Source of the DNA: Octopus vulgaris
Lineage: Eukaryota
DNA length: 64,000 nt
Direction: 5' to 3'
Assembly: GCA_951406725.2 (NCBI GenBank)
Contig: OX597838.1
Location: 32,426,001 to 32,490,000, forward strand
Part shown: piece by piece, positions 25,404 to 38,470 of the stretch
Numbering within the stretch: position 1 is the first letter of the stretch
Layout of the letters: every line of letters starts with the position of its first letter
Notes under the pieces: generated by a model
What the model was told of the DNA's origin: nothing
Seen by the model: the letters and a program-made list of their open reading frames with translations, nothing else
Databases searched by the model: none
Made by a program: the position numbers and the translations under genes

Positions 25404-25570
25404 TTGCTGCGGATAGCCTGCATCTATACCATTATATTAGACAATTCGGTATCTGCCAGGACAGTTTATACCTTATATATAACAAAATTGTCTGGCGAAT
25501 GGGAACATGATACTCCGAGTAACAGCTTTTGTTATATTTCTGCTGCTTTTAAATAAAGTGTGTATATATA

Positions 25571-25603
<33 letters not shown>

Positions 25604-26404
25604 AGGACTGAAATGTTTGGCAATTTTCTGTGCTTGAGAAGACCTGTCCATTTAAGTGAAAATGTGACCCTAAAAGCATATCATTTATCTATGCCCCTGC
25701 ACGTAATCTGTCCCTGATGAATGTCTCCCCTCACAATATATTTTTTAAACATCCCCTCCCTCGACTTGGGTTTAAATAAAGTAATGAAGGCCCTTCTCAA
25801 GTGATATAGACTCATAGGGCTGGTTTCTTGGTTTCTTTAGCACATACATTCTTCGCTAGAAGGGACTCTAGGCCATCACAGGATACTTACCCTTGCCAGC
25901 TGAGTGGACTGGAGCAACGTGAAATGAAGTGTTTTGCTCAAGGACACAATGTCATGCGATTGAAGAAGTGAAGCCAAAATCTTACGATCATGAGATCAAC
26001 ACCCTAACCACTAAACCATGCACCTCCAATGTGTTTGCTCATTACATTCTCCTCCACTCCCATCTCTCACTGTGGAGGCACATAGCTTAGTGGTTAGGGT
26101 CTTGGACTCATGGTCATAGGATTGTAGTTTCGATTCCTGCAGCAGTCAATGCGTTGTGTCCTTTTACGTGGCACTGGTACAGGTGCATTTTACATGACAC
26201 TAGCACCTTCGAACCTGTAAGATTAGTGGTGCTTATCTGGAGAGGGCTGCAGGAGACGAGCTTGTATGCAAGGGCAACCATGCTTTTACTTAGCTTCATC
26301 TGTCTTTTCAAACACAGTAAACCACTAGGAGTCTTGGTCTCCTGTCATCCCTTCTGTGGGTCCCAACGTTTGTAGATCCTTTCTCACCACTTCATCCCAT
26401 ATAT

Positions 26405-27200
26405 CATCATCATCATCATTGTCGTCGTTTAATGTCCGCTTTCCATGCTGGCATGGGTTGAACAGCTTGACTGAGGACTGGTGAACCAGAAGGCTGCACC
26501 AGGCTCCAATCTCATCTGACAGAGTTTCTACAGCTGGATGCCCTTCCTAATACCAACCACTTCGAGAGCGTAGTGGGTGCTTTGATGTGCCACCGGCACA
26601 AGGGCCAGTCAGGTGGTTCTGCCAACAATCAGCCTCAAAAGGTGTTTTTTTTACATGCTACTTGCATGGGAGCCAGTCTGGCGGCACTGGCAACGACCAT
26701 GCTTGAATGTTGTTTTTCATGTATCACCGTCACATGTGCCGATAAGGCAACACTGGCAACAATCATGCTCGAATGGTGCTTTTCACATGTCACTGGCATG
26801 GGAGCCAATCTGTGGCCCTGATATATATATAGGCAAGTGGAAATCAGAATCAAAATCAAAATCGATCAACATCAATGGAAATTGTAGCTGTGATACCAGT
26901 GCCGGTGGCATGTAAGTGAACCATCCGAACGTGGCCGTTGCCAGCCTTGCCTGACCCCCGTGCCGGTGGCGCATAAAAAGCACCATCCGACCGTGGCCGT
27001 TTGCCAGCCCCGTCTGGCACATAGAAAGCACCCACTACACTCACGGAGTGGTTGGCATTAGGAAGGGCATCAAGCCGTAGAAACATTGCCAGATCAGACT
27101 GGACCTGGTGCAGCCTTCTGGCTTCCCAGACCCCAGTTGAACTGTCCAACCCATGCTAGCATGGAAAACGGACGCTAAATGATGATGATGATGATGATGA
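26405..27200. mobile_element. Head-to-head inverted pair of SINE family C copies
   Basis: Minus copy 26405-26820 with cat tail; plus copy 26850-27200 with gat tail. Confidence 0.8.
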
Positions 27201-27434
27201 TATGTATGTATATATTGATGATGATATATAAAACATGTTGGTATCATGTTAAAAACCCCCAGCACACATTCTAAATTGGTTGCTATTAGAAAGAGCATCC
27301 AGCCAAAAGAACCAAGCCAAATCAGACTGGAACCTGGTGCAGATCTCCGGTTTGCCAGCTCTGGTCAAACTGTTCAACCCATACCAGCAGGATGGAAACT
27401 GAAAGAAGCCCGTCATATTTATGTATATATATAA

Positions 27435-27622
27435 AGTTAATCCAAACAAGAAAACACAAAGAGAAAACACAACAACGCGAGGACGTGGAACAAGTATAGT
27501 ATTATTGGACACTCAGGAAAGAAGGAGGGTTTAACGTTTCGAGTGGAGCTCTTCGTTGGAAACATAGGAGAAGAAAAGATCCAGAGAAGGGAAGACAGAG
27601 GAAAAAAAAATCACCAACGGTA
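27435..27622 (-). mobile_element. Penelope-like terminal fragment
   Basis: Reverse-complement relative of 10268-10478; CCAACGAA-GAGC-tcc-ACTC-GAAACG. Confidence 0.55.
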
Positions 27623-27994
27623 TATATATATGTGTATGTGTTTCTATGTTTGTCCCTCCTAACAATGCTTGACAGCCGATGCTGGTGTGTTTATTTATGT
27701 CCCCGTAACTTAGTGGTTCGGCAAAAGAGACCGATAGAATAAGTATTAGGCTTACACAGAATAAGTCTTAGGGTCGATTTGGTCGGCTAAAGGTGGTGTT
27801 CCAGCATGGCTGCAGTCAAATGACTGAAACAATTAAAAGAAATATACAAATTATGAAAATAATGAACAAAAATACACGGTACAGTACTGTTTCTACTTTG
27901 TGGATTTTCCCCTATTATGGGTGGGAGGCAGGTTTGGAACGTAACACCCGCGATAGTTGAGTGATTATGCTTGAACCCATGCTAGCATAGAACA

Positions 27995-28266
27995 GCATCA
28001 TCATCATCATCATCGTTTAGCATCTGCTTTCCATGCTGGCATGGGTTGGACAGTTCAACTGGGGTCTGGGAAGCCAGAAGGCTGCACCAGGCCCAGTCTG
28101 ATCCAGCAGTGTTTCTACAGCTGGATGCCCTTCCTAACGCCAACCACTCCGTGAGTGTAGTGGGTGCTTTTTACGTGCCACCTGCACTGGTGCCAGGCGA
28201 GGCTGGCAAACGGCCACGATCGGATGGTGCTTTTTACGTGCCACTGGCACGGAGGCCTGACGAGGC

Positions 28267-28301
<35 letters not shown>

Positions 28302-28709
28302 ATACTCTTTACTCTTTTACTTGTTTCAGTCATTTGACTGCGGCGATGCTGGAGCACCGCCTTTAGTCGAGCAACTCGACCCCAGGACTTATTCTTTGTA
28401 AGCCCAGTACTTATTCTATTGGTCTCTTTTGCTGAACCGCTAAGTGACGGGTAATAAACACACCAGCATCGGTTGTCAAGTAATGCTAGGGGGACAAACA
28501 CAGACACACAAACATACACACACACACACATATATATATATATACATATATACGACAGGCTTCTTTCACTTTCCGTCTACCAAATCCACTCACAAGGCAT
28601 TGGTTGGCCCGGGGCTATAGCAGAAGACACTTGCCCAAGATGCCACGCAGTGGGACTGAACCCGGAACCATGTGGTTGGTTAGCAAGCTACTTACCACAC
28701 AGCCACTCC
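27995..28709 (-). mobile_element. SINE C (27995-28265) followed by SINE A (28305-28709)
   Basis: Both match window consensus sequences. Confidence 0.85.
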
Positions 28710-28739
28710 ATATATATATATGGGTGTTAAATGATGATG

Positions 28740-29460
28740 TATGCATGTAAACAGAAAATAGATGGGGACAGTCACGGAAAAAAAAAAAACGAAAAAAAAA
28801 AAATGATGGTGAACCGACAAAATGGAAAGTCTTGACAGAACAGCCAAGCCAAAACCAAGCCAAGCCAAGACGACAACAGAGCAAGGATAACAGTTTGTGG
28901 AAAGCAGGTAGGCAGCAATCCTTGGTAAAGTGAAGCTGAGAATATTCGTCTGGCTGGCTGGCTGGCTGGTTTGTTTGTTTGTTGGTTGGTTGGTTTGCTG
29001 GTTGGCTGGAATTGACTTGTAGCTGACTTAGTGGGCTTGCCATCTGGATGTCTGGCTGTCTTTCTGGAAGGCTAGTTGTCTGGCTGGGCTGGCTGGTTGG
29101 CTGTCGGGCAGGGTTTCTTGTTTTCTGGCTGGCTTTTCCCTCTGTTCACTGTTCTCTCTCTCTCTCTCTCTCTGTTGAGCTTTTTTTTTTTTCTCTGGCT
29201 GGCTGGCGGGGGGGGGGTTTGGTTGCCAGAGTTGGATGGTAGGAATTATATCACTAGCAGCAGCGTCGGCGTCGGCGGCAGCAACAGCAGCAGCAGTGGT
29301 AGCAGCAGCGGCGGCGTCGGCGGCAGCAACAGCAGCAGCACTGGCAGCAGCAGTAGTAGCAGCAGCAGCACCTAGCAAGAGAGAACAGAAAACAGGCAAC
29401 AAGCAGATACCTCAGCTAGCTGAAACCATCCAGCTTCAGTAGCTACTTGTAGACTGGAGT
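28740..29460. other. Non-TE, CAG/GGC-rich segment; candidate 5'UTR or first exon
   Basis: No match to repeat families in the window; trinucleotide gca/gcg runs with retained CpG; minus-strand acceptor-like ttttctgttctctcttgctag near 29373. Confidence 0.25.
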
Positions 29461-29559
29461 GTTTGTGATGTGTGTATGTGTATGTATGTATGTATGTGTG
29501 TGTATGTATGTATGTATTTATGTGTGTGTGTGTGCTAGCTTATAAATCACTTTCTAGTC

Positions 29560-29567
29560 ATCTCTGT

Positions 29568-29608
<41 letters not shown>

Positions 29609-30700
29609 CCCTCATCCTCTCTCCTATAGATGTTCTTCATTCACTCTCAGATTCTCTCCCCACCTCCACCTCCGCATTGCTTCTTTATTCTCTCACTTAT
29701 TATCATCTCTTCCACACTCTCTCTTTCCCATTCTCTGTTTTTCTCTCTCTCTCCCTCCCTCTCTTTCCCATTCTCTATCTTTCTCTCTCAATTGACCCCC
29801 CCCCCGTCTCTCATTGCCCTCTCTCTCTCTCCCTCCCTCTTTCCCATTCTCTATCTTTCTCTCTCAATTGACCTCTCTCTCCCCTCCCTCTCTTTCCCAT
29901 TCTCTATCTTTCTCTTTCAATTGACCCCCCCTCTCTCAATTGACCTCTCTCTCTCTCTCCTTCCCTCATTTTCTGTATCACTCTGCTTCAGATTCTTGTC
30001 CCATTCTTTACTATTGATAATTTACCATTCTTTCAGATTATCTCTTAACGCTTATTTCTCCCCCCACCCACCCATCCATCCACCCCTCTTCTTCTCTTCT
30101 TCTTCTTCTTCTTCTTCGCCATCTCATATAGGATTCTTGTCTCATTCTTCCCTATCAATATTTTTCAATCTCTCACAAATTCTGTAATTACCATTTTCTC
30201 CCTTTGCTCTCATCCTCTTCTCCCCCGCTCCCCTCCCCCGCCCCGTGCCGCGCCTCGTCTCTCAAGATTTCACCCCCCCCCTCCACCCCACCCCCTCCGC
30301 CGCTCGTCTCTCTTTCCTTAAATCTGTTTCTATTTTCTATTTCTCTCACATTTTATATATTCCAAACTCTCAATTCTTTTTCTCTCAATTCGGTTCAACC
30401 ATTTATCTTTCTCCTCCTAGACTTCTCTCGTTTCACTCCTCCACCACCTCCACCCCCACCTCCATCTCCACCTCCCCACCTCCTCACCTCAATCAGTCAG
30501 TCAGTCAGTCTCTTTTCTCTCTCTCTCTCTCTCCCCCTCTCTCTCTCCCCTCCTCTTCCTCTCATATTTCCTGTAACATTCTCTCCTGCTTCTCTCTCTC
30601 CCCCCCCGCCAACCCACCCACCATCACCTCACTCTAACGTTTGTTCATTCTCTCGTATTTTCTGAAATGTTCATTTCCTCTTGCTGTTCACCTCTCTCTG

Positions 30701-30732
<32 letters not shown>

Positions 30733-30739
30733 GCATACA

Positions 30740-30792
<53 letters not shown>

Positions 30793-31250
30793 GTTATTCT
30801 TTATCAGCTTTCTGTTCAAGACTCTCTCTTTTACCTCATCACCTCATTTTTACTCTTCCTTCATCCTTCTCTCTCTCTCTCTCTCACAATTTTTTTTCGA
30901 TTCCACTTTCCACTGTCTCTCTCCTATTCTTCTCTCATGCTTTCACAACAATTCTTGCCTCTTCCCCCCCCTCACTTCTCTCTCTCTCTCTCTCTCACTC
31001 TCTCTCCATCATCACCCCTCACTCAAACCCATCTTTCACTCAATTCCCATCTCTCACTCTCATTTCGAGTCATTCTTTCAGACACTCTGTAGAGATCTGT
31101 TGTGTTTTTGTAACACTTCCTCTTTCTCTCACTCTCATTCTATATCCCTCTCTTACACATTCTCCCTATCTCTCTCCTCTTCCTCGTCTCTTGTCTTTTA
31201 CTCTATCTAATGTGTAGCTTCCTAGTTTTACTCCGCTTTTGTTACATTGT
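29560..31250. repeat. Long polypyrimidine/polypurine low-complexity tract ((CT)n, C-runs, (CA)n, ~37-bp repeated motif)
   Basis: Strong strand asymmetry; ctctttcccattctctatctttctctctcaattgacc repeated 3-4 times at 29720-29945. Confidence 0.9.
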
Positions 31251-31416
31251 TTCTCCCATATCTATTTTATTCTCTCCTTTTATCTTCCTGCATATATTTT
31301 GTTTCAACTTTTCATCTATCCATCTGGTCTATCCATCTGTCCATCTAGTATAACTCTCTGTCTATCTTTCTATCTATCTATCTTTCTATCTATCTTTCTA
31401 TCTATCTATCTTTCTT

Positions 31417-31493
<77 letters not shown>

Positions 31494-31496
<3 letters not shown>

Positions 31497-31905
31497 CGCA
31501 GGAGTGGCTGTGTGGTAAGTAGCTTGCTAACCAACCACATGGTTCCGGGTTCAGTCCCACTGCGTGGCATCTTGGGCAAGTGTCTTCTGCTATAGCCCCG
31601 GGCCGACCAATGCCTTGTGAGTGGATTTGGTAGACATAAACTGAAAGAAGCCTGTCGTATATATGTATATATGTATATATATATATGTGTGTGTGTGTTT
31701 GTGTGTGTGTGTTTATTCCCCTAGCATTGGTTGACAACCGATGCTGGTGCGTTTACGTCCCCGTCACTTAGCGGTTCGGCAAAAGAGACCGATAACATAA
31801 GTACTGGGCTTACAAAGAATAAGTCCCGGGGTCGATTTGCTCGACTAAAGGCGGTGCTCCAGCATGGCCGCAGTCAAATGACTGAAACAAGTAAAAGAGT
31901 AAAAA
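31494..31905 (+). mobile_element. SINE family A copy
   Basis: Matches consensus. Confidence 0.9.
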
Positions 31906-32069
31906 AGAGTATATATATATCCATCCATCCATCCATCTATTTCTCCTCTACTCTCTCTACCCATCTTACTGTCGAAACTATCAATGCCTAGCTGTAATAT
32001 TTACCCGTCTGTCTTTGCATCCAGCTATCTATACATAAAGCTATTCAGGTGTACATCTATCCGACTATC

Positions 32070-32135
32070 TATCTACCTGTCTGTCTGTCTGTCTATTTGT
32101 CTGTCTATCTCTCTGTCTGTCTACTTGTCTGTCTG

Positions 32136-32169
<34 letters not shown>

Positions 32170-32445
32170 ATCTATCCATCCATGCCTCCACCCTTCTATC
32201 CATCCATCCATCCATCCATCCATGCCCATCCACCCGTCTATCCATCCATCCTTCCATCCATGCCTCCACCCGTCTATCCATCCATCCATGCCTCCACCCG
32301 TCTATCCATCCATCCATGCCTCCACCCGTCTATCCATCCATCCATCCATCCATGCCTCCACCCGTCTATCCATCCATCCATCCATGCCTCCACCCTTCCA
32401 TCCATCCATCCATCCATCCATACCTCCATGCCTCCACCCACCCAT
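32070..32445. repeat. (CTAT)/(CCAT)n-derived minisatellite
   Basis: Unit (ccat)n gcctccacccgtctat repeated ~7 times. Confidence 0.9.
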
Positions 32446-33729
32446 CTCACCGTCCCTTAATCATACGCTCTTAAAACTCTGTATTGCATTCTTCACCTCT
32501 CAATTTCTTTATTTCATACCAATGAGAGATGTGTGCATTTTTTTATGCATGTGTGTGTGTTTGTTTGTGTGTGTATGTGTTGTCACAAGCATGGTTGTGT
32601 GGTTAAAAAAGTTTGCTTCCCAACCACATGGGTCAGGGTTCAGTCCCACTGCATGGCACCTTGGTCAAATGTCTTCTACAATAGTCCTGGACTGATTAAA
32701 ACCTGTAAGTGAATTTGGGAAACAGAAACTGAAAGAAACTTGCCATGTGTGTGTGTGTTTGTTTGTTTACATCTGTGCTACCTCAGACAAAAGTTACGAC
32801 ATGAAGTTGTGCTGTTATTTGCACTTTTGTCAATAAACAGCCTATTCACATCATGCTTTTGAAGGCCCTTGAATTGAGAAATCCCTTACTTGAAAACAGG
32901 TAAGAGTTAGCATCAGGAAGAGCATCCACCTCTATCACTATATGTCTCTCACTCTTCTCCAACACTTTTACTTTTATTCATCCACCCCCATCCATCATCT
33001 TCCTGTTTCTCATCTGTCCCCCTATTTAATGTATTATTCAGTTACTCTTCACTTTTTTCTGTACTGCCAGTCATCACCTCCTCTCCCTTGAGCCACTTCT
33101 ATTGACATCTGTCTCTCATTCTTTTCATTTTCTCACCAGAGTTGTATTAGCAATATTATAGCCCCTCTCCCCACCTGCAAATCAGTGCACAGGGCTCCAC
33201 AGTATATATTTATTGACAGCAACCACAGTATACAAAGATCAGAATTTGACCCCTAGACCCATGACATTCCTGAGCAACTGCTCAGTGGGCCTATACTCAA
33301 AGTTGACTCTGTTTTCCCCTCAACCCATATTTACCACCAGCTATCTCTCTGCACTTGTTCACCATTCCCTACATTCACCCCTAGCCTTATCTTTAGCCCA
33401 TTTCTCACTTTTCCCCTCTTGCAACCTTCACTTATCCCCACTTCCTGATCTTCTGTCCTCACAGTTTCTTCTATTTACCTTCTTGCACTTTGTGCCTTGT
33501 CACCATCATCTTTGACTCTCTCTTTCTAGCTTCACCTCAGTTCCTCCCATCCACCTTTATAGTAATCATGTATCTCCTTTGTGAAGGTGCGTAGCTTCAG
33601 GTGTGAAGCTTATTCACTTTGTCATGTACACTGACGTTGCCCATCCAATGGAGCATATTAACTTCATTCTCTCCAGGCTCTACATTCAGAGCTCACCTCT
33701 CATTACTGTGTGTTACTGCTGTTTGTTTG

Positions 33730-34088
33730 TTTGTTTGTTGAGCGAAGTGGTCTTCATCCCAGAGTGGGAGAAGTCCGAAACGTGGTCCTTTGCTATTCGT
33801 AAAACCCGCAGAAGAGAAAGCAGGTCAACCGCCAACACCGAGAGCATCGACGGATGGATGAATGTGCATCCAGGCTCAGCGGTTGCGTAGGAAGTAACAG
33901 GAAGAAAGAGTGAGAGAAAGTTGGAGTGAAAGAAGTACAACAGGGGTCACCCCCCCCTGCTGGAGCCTCGTGGAGCTTTAGATGTTTTTTTGCTCAATAA
34001 ACACACACAACGCCCGGTCTGGGAATTGAAACCGCGATCCTACGACCGCGAGTCCGCTGCCCTAACCACTGGGCCATTGCACCTCCAC
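33730..34088 (-). mobile_element. SINE family D head with an alternative 3' tail
   Basis: Head and body match D (gtggaggtgcaatggcccagtggttagggc) but sequence diverges after ctctcactctttcttc and ends in (aaac)n. Confidence 0.7.
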
Positions 34089-34094
34089 TGTTAC

Positions 34095-35125
34095 TGCTGT
34101 TCATACAAACATCATGCAATCTGCCTTTCACCCTGAAAGAAGGAGGGACAGAGAGGAAGAGGCCTTTTGTTGCCAACAGAGGTAATAGCTCTCTGGACTT
34201 TCTCCAACCTATTCTTATTCTAGCAACTATGCTTTCAGAACATCCTCCTCCACTGCTAATTTGGTCACCTAAGTAACAGAAACTACTTACTGCCTCTAGG
34301 GATCCTCTTGGGCTTGTAAGAAAAATCTATTTCCTATGTGTTCTTTGTATTTTTATCCCTGTACATCTTCCACATAGAATGACTACTTTTTCTATTACTC
34401 TTATTTCTTTACTGCCCACAAGGGGCTACACACAGAGGGGACAAACAAGGACAGACAAACGGATTAAGTCAATTACATCGACCCCAGTGCGTAACTGGTA
34501 CTTATTTAATCGACCCCGAAAGGATGAAAGGCAAAGTCAACCTCAGCAGAATTTGAACACAGAATGTAGCAGCAGACGAAATACCACTAAGCATTTCGCT
34601 CAGCGTGCTAACGATTCTGCCAGCTTTCTGCCTTCTTTATTACCCTTTCTGTTATTCAACTGCACTCTTGTGTGTCCATAGCTTTGCACTGGTTACCATT
34701 TGGAATTTCTGCCTACACTCTTCTTACATATCAAGCAGGGCCATTTACCTGATGGGTGAAGAGTCTTTTTTCTTTCTTTTGCATACTACAGCATTCGTTT
34801 TTGCTAGGTTAACCACGAGGCTTTTTGATTTCAGGTTTTACTTCCATACCTGGAATTTCTTTTCCAGTTCTTCTACAAATTCTGCTGTAAGAACAAGGTC
34901 ATCAGTTTATAGTATTTCCCAAGGGCATCCAGTCTTAAATTTTCCTCTTATAGCCTGGAATACTATAATGAACAAACAGCAGGGGACTAAGTACTGTGCA
35001 GTGGTGAACTCCTACCTGTACAGGAAATTCATCGCTGCACTAGTGGCTTATTCCCCACCTTACTGACAATACATGGCTTTAACGTTTCTAACAAGCCATT
35101 TGTCTACTCCTATTCACAAGCCATT
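34095..35125 (-). mobile_element. Degenerate RTE-clade reverse transcriptase fragment, interrupted by SINE B (34400-34635)
   Basis: Frameshifted motifs EFPVQVGVH..VLSPLLFII..GCPWEIL..DDLVL..GKWPC and SFCYLGDQISSGGGCSESIVARIRIGW. Confidence 0.8.
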
Positions 35126-35126
35126 C

Positions 35127-35181
<55 letters not shown>

Positions 35182-35852
35182 ATGTATGCCTATGAGGATT
35201 TACTTTCCCAATGAAACTTGGTTTTTTCTCAAACCTGTTATAATGTGATACAAGTCTTTGGTGTGGCAATTGTACGCGGCTGAAGAAGGCTTTTGATCTA
35301 TCTGTTATATCAATTATGCATTGATATAAGAATAAGTTGTTCAATAAAGCCTGAAACATATGTACCGCAAAATCCTTAGCGTCCTGTTTTTCATTTACTT
35401 CATTCGATACATACATACATACATACATATATATATATATATAGTATGTGACAATTACTCTTCTCCTCTGGAAGCCATCTGCTCGCGATACCAGAGGGCG
35501 CACACTCTCCTACCCTGATGTAATCTCCAGGAATACAGGCATCCAGTAACAGGACCTCCGTAATGCCATGATGGACCGTGAGGTCTGGCGTAGAATAGTA
35601 AATTCCATTGTCTTGACCTCTCTCTCTCTCCCTCTTGGGGGAAAAAGGTAAGTTGGTAGGGATGGGTCACCAGAGCAAAACCTTCAAGAAGCAAGAGAAT
35701 TGATTGTTTTTACAGAAATTTATTACATCCCATCAGTATTTTCTCAGGGTAGGCAGTTGGTGACCTTTATGTAGTAAAACACAGGCACGCGACTGAGTTG
35801 AAGGCAGATATATTTCTGCCTTTATGGCACGTAAAGAAAACAATGTTGTAGG

Positions 35853-36017
35853 AAGGCGTAGGAGTGGCTGTGTGGTAAGTAGCTTGCTTACCAACCACAT
35901 GGTTCTGGGTTCAGTCCCACTGCGTGGCACCTTGGGCAAGTGTCTTCTACTATAGCCTTGGGCTGACCAAAGCCTTGTGAGTAGATTTAGTAGGCAGAAA
36001 CTGAAAGAAGCCCATCG

Positions 36018-36058
<41 letters not shown>

Positions 36059-36777
36059 ATGTTTGTGTGTCTGTGTTTGTGCCCCCAACATCACTTGATA
36101 ACTGATGCTGGTGTGTTTACGTCCCCGTAACTTAGCAGTTCAGCAAAAGATACCGATAGAATAAGTACTAGGCTTACAACGTAATTTGAACTCACAACGT
36201 AACAGCAGACAAAATACCTATTTCTTTACTACCCACAAGGGTCTAAATACAGAGAGGACAAACAAGGACAGACAAATGGATTAAGTCGATTATATCGACC
36301 CCAGTGCATAACTGGTACTTATTTAATCGACCCCGAAAGGATGAAAGGCAAAGTCAACCTCGGCGGAATTTGAACTCAGAATGTAACGGCAGAAGAATTA
36401 TCTATTTCTTTACTACCCACAAGGGCCTAAACACAGAGAGGACAAACAAGGACAGATAAATGGATTGAGTCGATTATATCGACCGCAGTGCGTAACCGAA
36501 AGGATGAAAGGCAAAGTCTACCTCGGCGGAATTTGAACTCAGAATGTAACGGCAGAAGAATTATCTATTTCTTTACTACCCACAAGGGCCTAAACACAGA
36601 GAGGACAAACAAGGACAGATAAATGGATTGAGTCGATTATATCGACCGCAGTGCGTAACCGAAAGGATGAAAGGCAAAGTCTACCTCGGCGGAATTTGAA
36701 CTCAGAACATAACGGCAGACGAAATACCGTTAAGCATTTCGCCCGGTGTGCTAATGATTCTGTCTGCTCACCGCCTT
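35853..36777. mobile_element. SINE A (+, 35853-36178) followed by 3-4 tandem partial SINE B copies (-)
   Basis: ~170-185-bp SINE B body repeated from ~36217, 36401 and 36563. Confidence 0.85.
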
Positions 36778-36899
36778 GGATGCTTGTTGTATAGGGTATG
36801 GTGTTGTTTATGAAGAGTGTTCCAGTTGACCCATTCTATTGACTCGTATGCTATTCTGTTGAATTGATAATGTTTTGTGCAAGATAGGGACTGTTCCTT

Positions 36900-38470
36900 G
36901 CAGAGATTTGTTTGGTAGGCAGTGTATAGTGTCATGTGTCCTGGTGCTGATTCTAAATTTCTTTCCATAATTTTGTAAACTGTGCCTAATGCTCCAGTTA
37001 CTACTAGTGCCATTTTTATGACTAATGCTCCAGTTACTAGTGTTACCATTAGAATTCCTAATGCTCCAGTTACTAGCAGTACCATTTTCATGCCTAATGC
37101 TCCAGTTACTAGTGTTACCATTAAAATGCCTAATGTTCCAGTTACTACTAGTGCCATTTTTATGACTAATGCTCCAGTTACTAGTGTTACCATTAGAATT
37201 CCTAATGCTCCAGTTACTAGCAGTACCATTTTCATGCCTAATGCTCCAGTTACTAGTGTTACCATTAAAATGCCTAATGTTCCAGTTACTACTAGTGCCA
37301 TTTTCATGACTAATGCTCCAGTTACTAGTGTTACCATTAGAATTCCTAATGCTCCAGTTACTAGCAGTACCATTTTCATGCCTAATGCTCCAGTTACTAG
37401 TGTTACCATTAAAATGCCTAATGTTCCAGTTACTACTAGTGCCATTTTCATGACTAATGCTCCAGTTACTAGTGTTACCATTAGAATTCCTAATGCTCCA
37501 GTTACTAGCAGTACCATTTTCATGCCTAATGCTCCAGTTACTAGTGTTACCATTAAAATGCCTAATGTTCCAGTTACTACTAGTGCCATTTTCATGACTA
37601 ATGCTCCAGTTACTAGTGTTACCATTAGAATTCCTAATGCTCCAGTTACTAGCAGTACCATTTTCATGCCTAATGCTCCAATTACTAGTGTTACCATTAA
37701 AATGCCTAATGTTCCAGTTACTACTAGTGCCATTTTTATGACTAAACTGTGCCTAATGCTCCAGTTACTACTAGTGCCATTTTCATGCCTAATGCTCCAG
37801 TTACTAGTGTTACCATTAAAATGCCTAATGTTCCAGTTACTACTAGTGCCATTTTTATGACTAATGCTCCAGTTACTAGTGTTACCATTAGAATTCCTAA
37901 TGCTCCAGTTACTAGCAGTACCATTTTCATGCCTAATGCTCCAATTACTAGTGTTACCATTAAAATGCCTAATGTTCCAGTTACTACTAGTGCCATTTTT
38001 ATGACTAATGCTCCAGTTACTAGTGTTACCATTAGAATTCCTAATGCTCCAGTTACTAGCAGTACCATTTTCATGCCTAATGCTCCAATTACTAGTGTTA
38101 CCATTAAAATGCCTAATGTTCCAGTTACTACTAGTGCCATTTTCATGACTAATGCTCCAGTTACTAGTGTTACCATTAGAATTCCTAATGCTCCAGTTAC
38201 TAGCAGTACCATTAGAATTCCTAATGCTCCAGTTACTAGTGGTACCATTAAAATTCCTAATTCTCCAGTTACTAGCAGTACCATTAAAATTCCTAATTCT
38301 CCAGTTACTAGCAGTACCATTAAAATTCCTAATGCTCCAGTTACTAGTAGTGCCTCTTTCACTCTCATACCCTACATTTGAATATCTCAGTGTCAAGGGC
38401 CTTGTATTTTTATAGTTTCTATACTACTTTTCAGGCAATATTTTCATTAGAAGAGATTGCAATGCCTATC
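36900..38470 (-). mobile_element. Decayed R4/Dong-type restriction-like endonuclease region split by a minisatellite
   Basis: Right flank reads IAISSNENIA*KVV*KL*KYKALDTEIF..GMRVKEALLVTGALG; left flank continues VVTGALGTVYKIMERNLE. Compare the intact paralog at 39337-39672. Confidence 0.75.
36982..38353. repeat. 30-bp minisatellite (~45 units) with 4x30 = 120-bp higher-order repeat
   Basis: Core cctaatgctccagttactag..taccatt; four variant units recur in fixed order. Confidence 0.97.

Noticed and set aside
35235-35352. Possible minus-strand exon (tgtttcag|GCT...ACAG|gtttga)
   Set aside because: Only one open frame, unrecognised peptide, mediocre splice signals.
36982-38353. CRISPR-like regular repeats (also 10991-11132 and 53480-54790)
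   Set aside because: Units are contiguous with no unique spacers; eukaryotic context with no cas genes.
36768-38396. 542-aa N-glycosylation-rich ORF (-) and mucin-like PVTT ORFs (+)
   Set aside because: Products of a stop-poor 30-bp tandem array with a frameshift mid-array; flanks are retrotransposon relic; no signal peptide or splice evidence.
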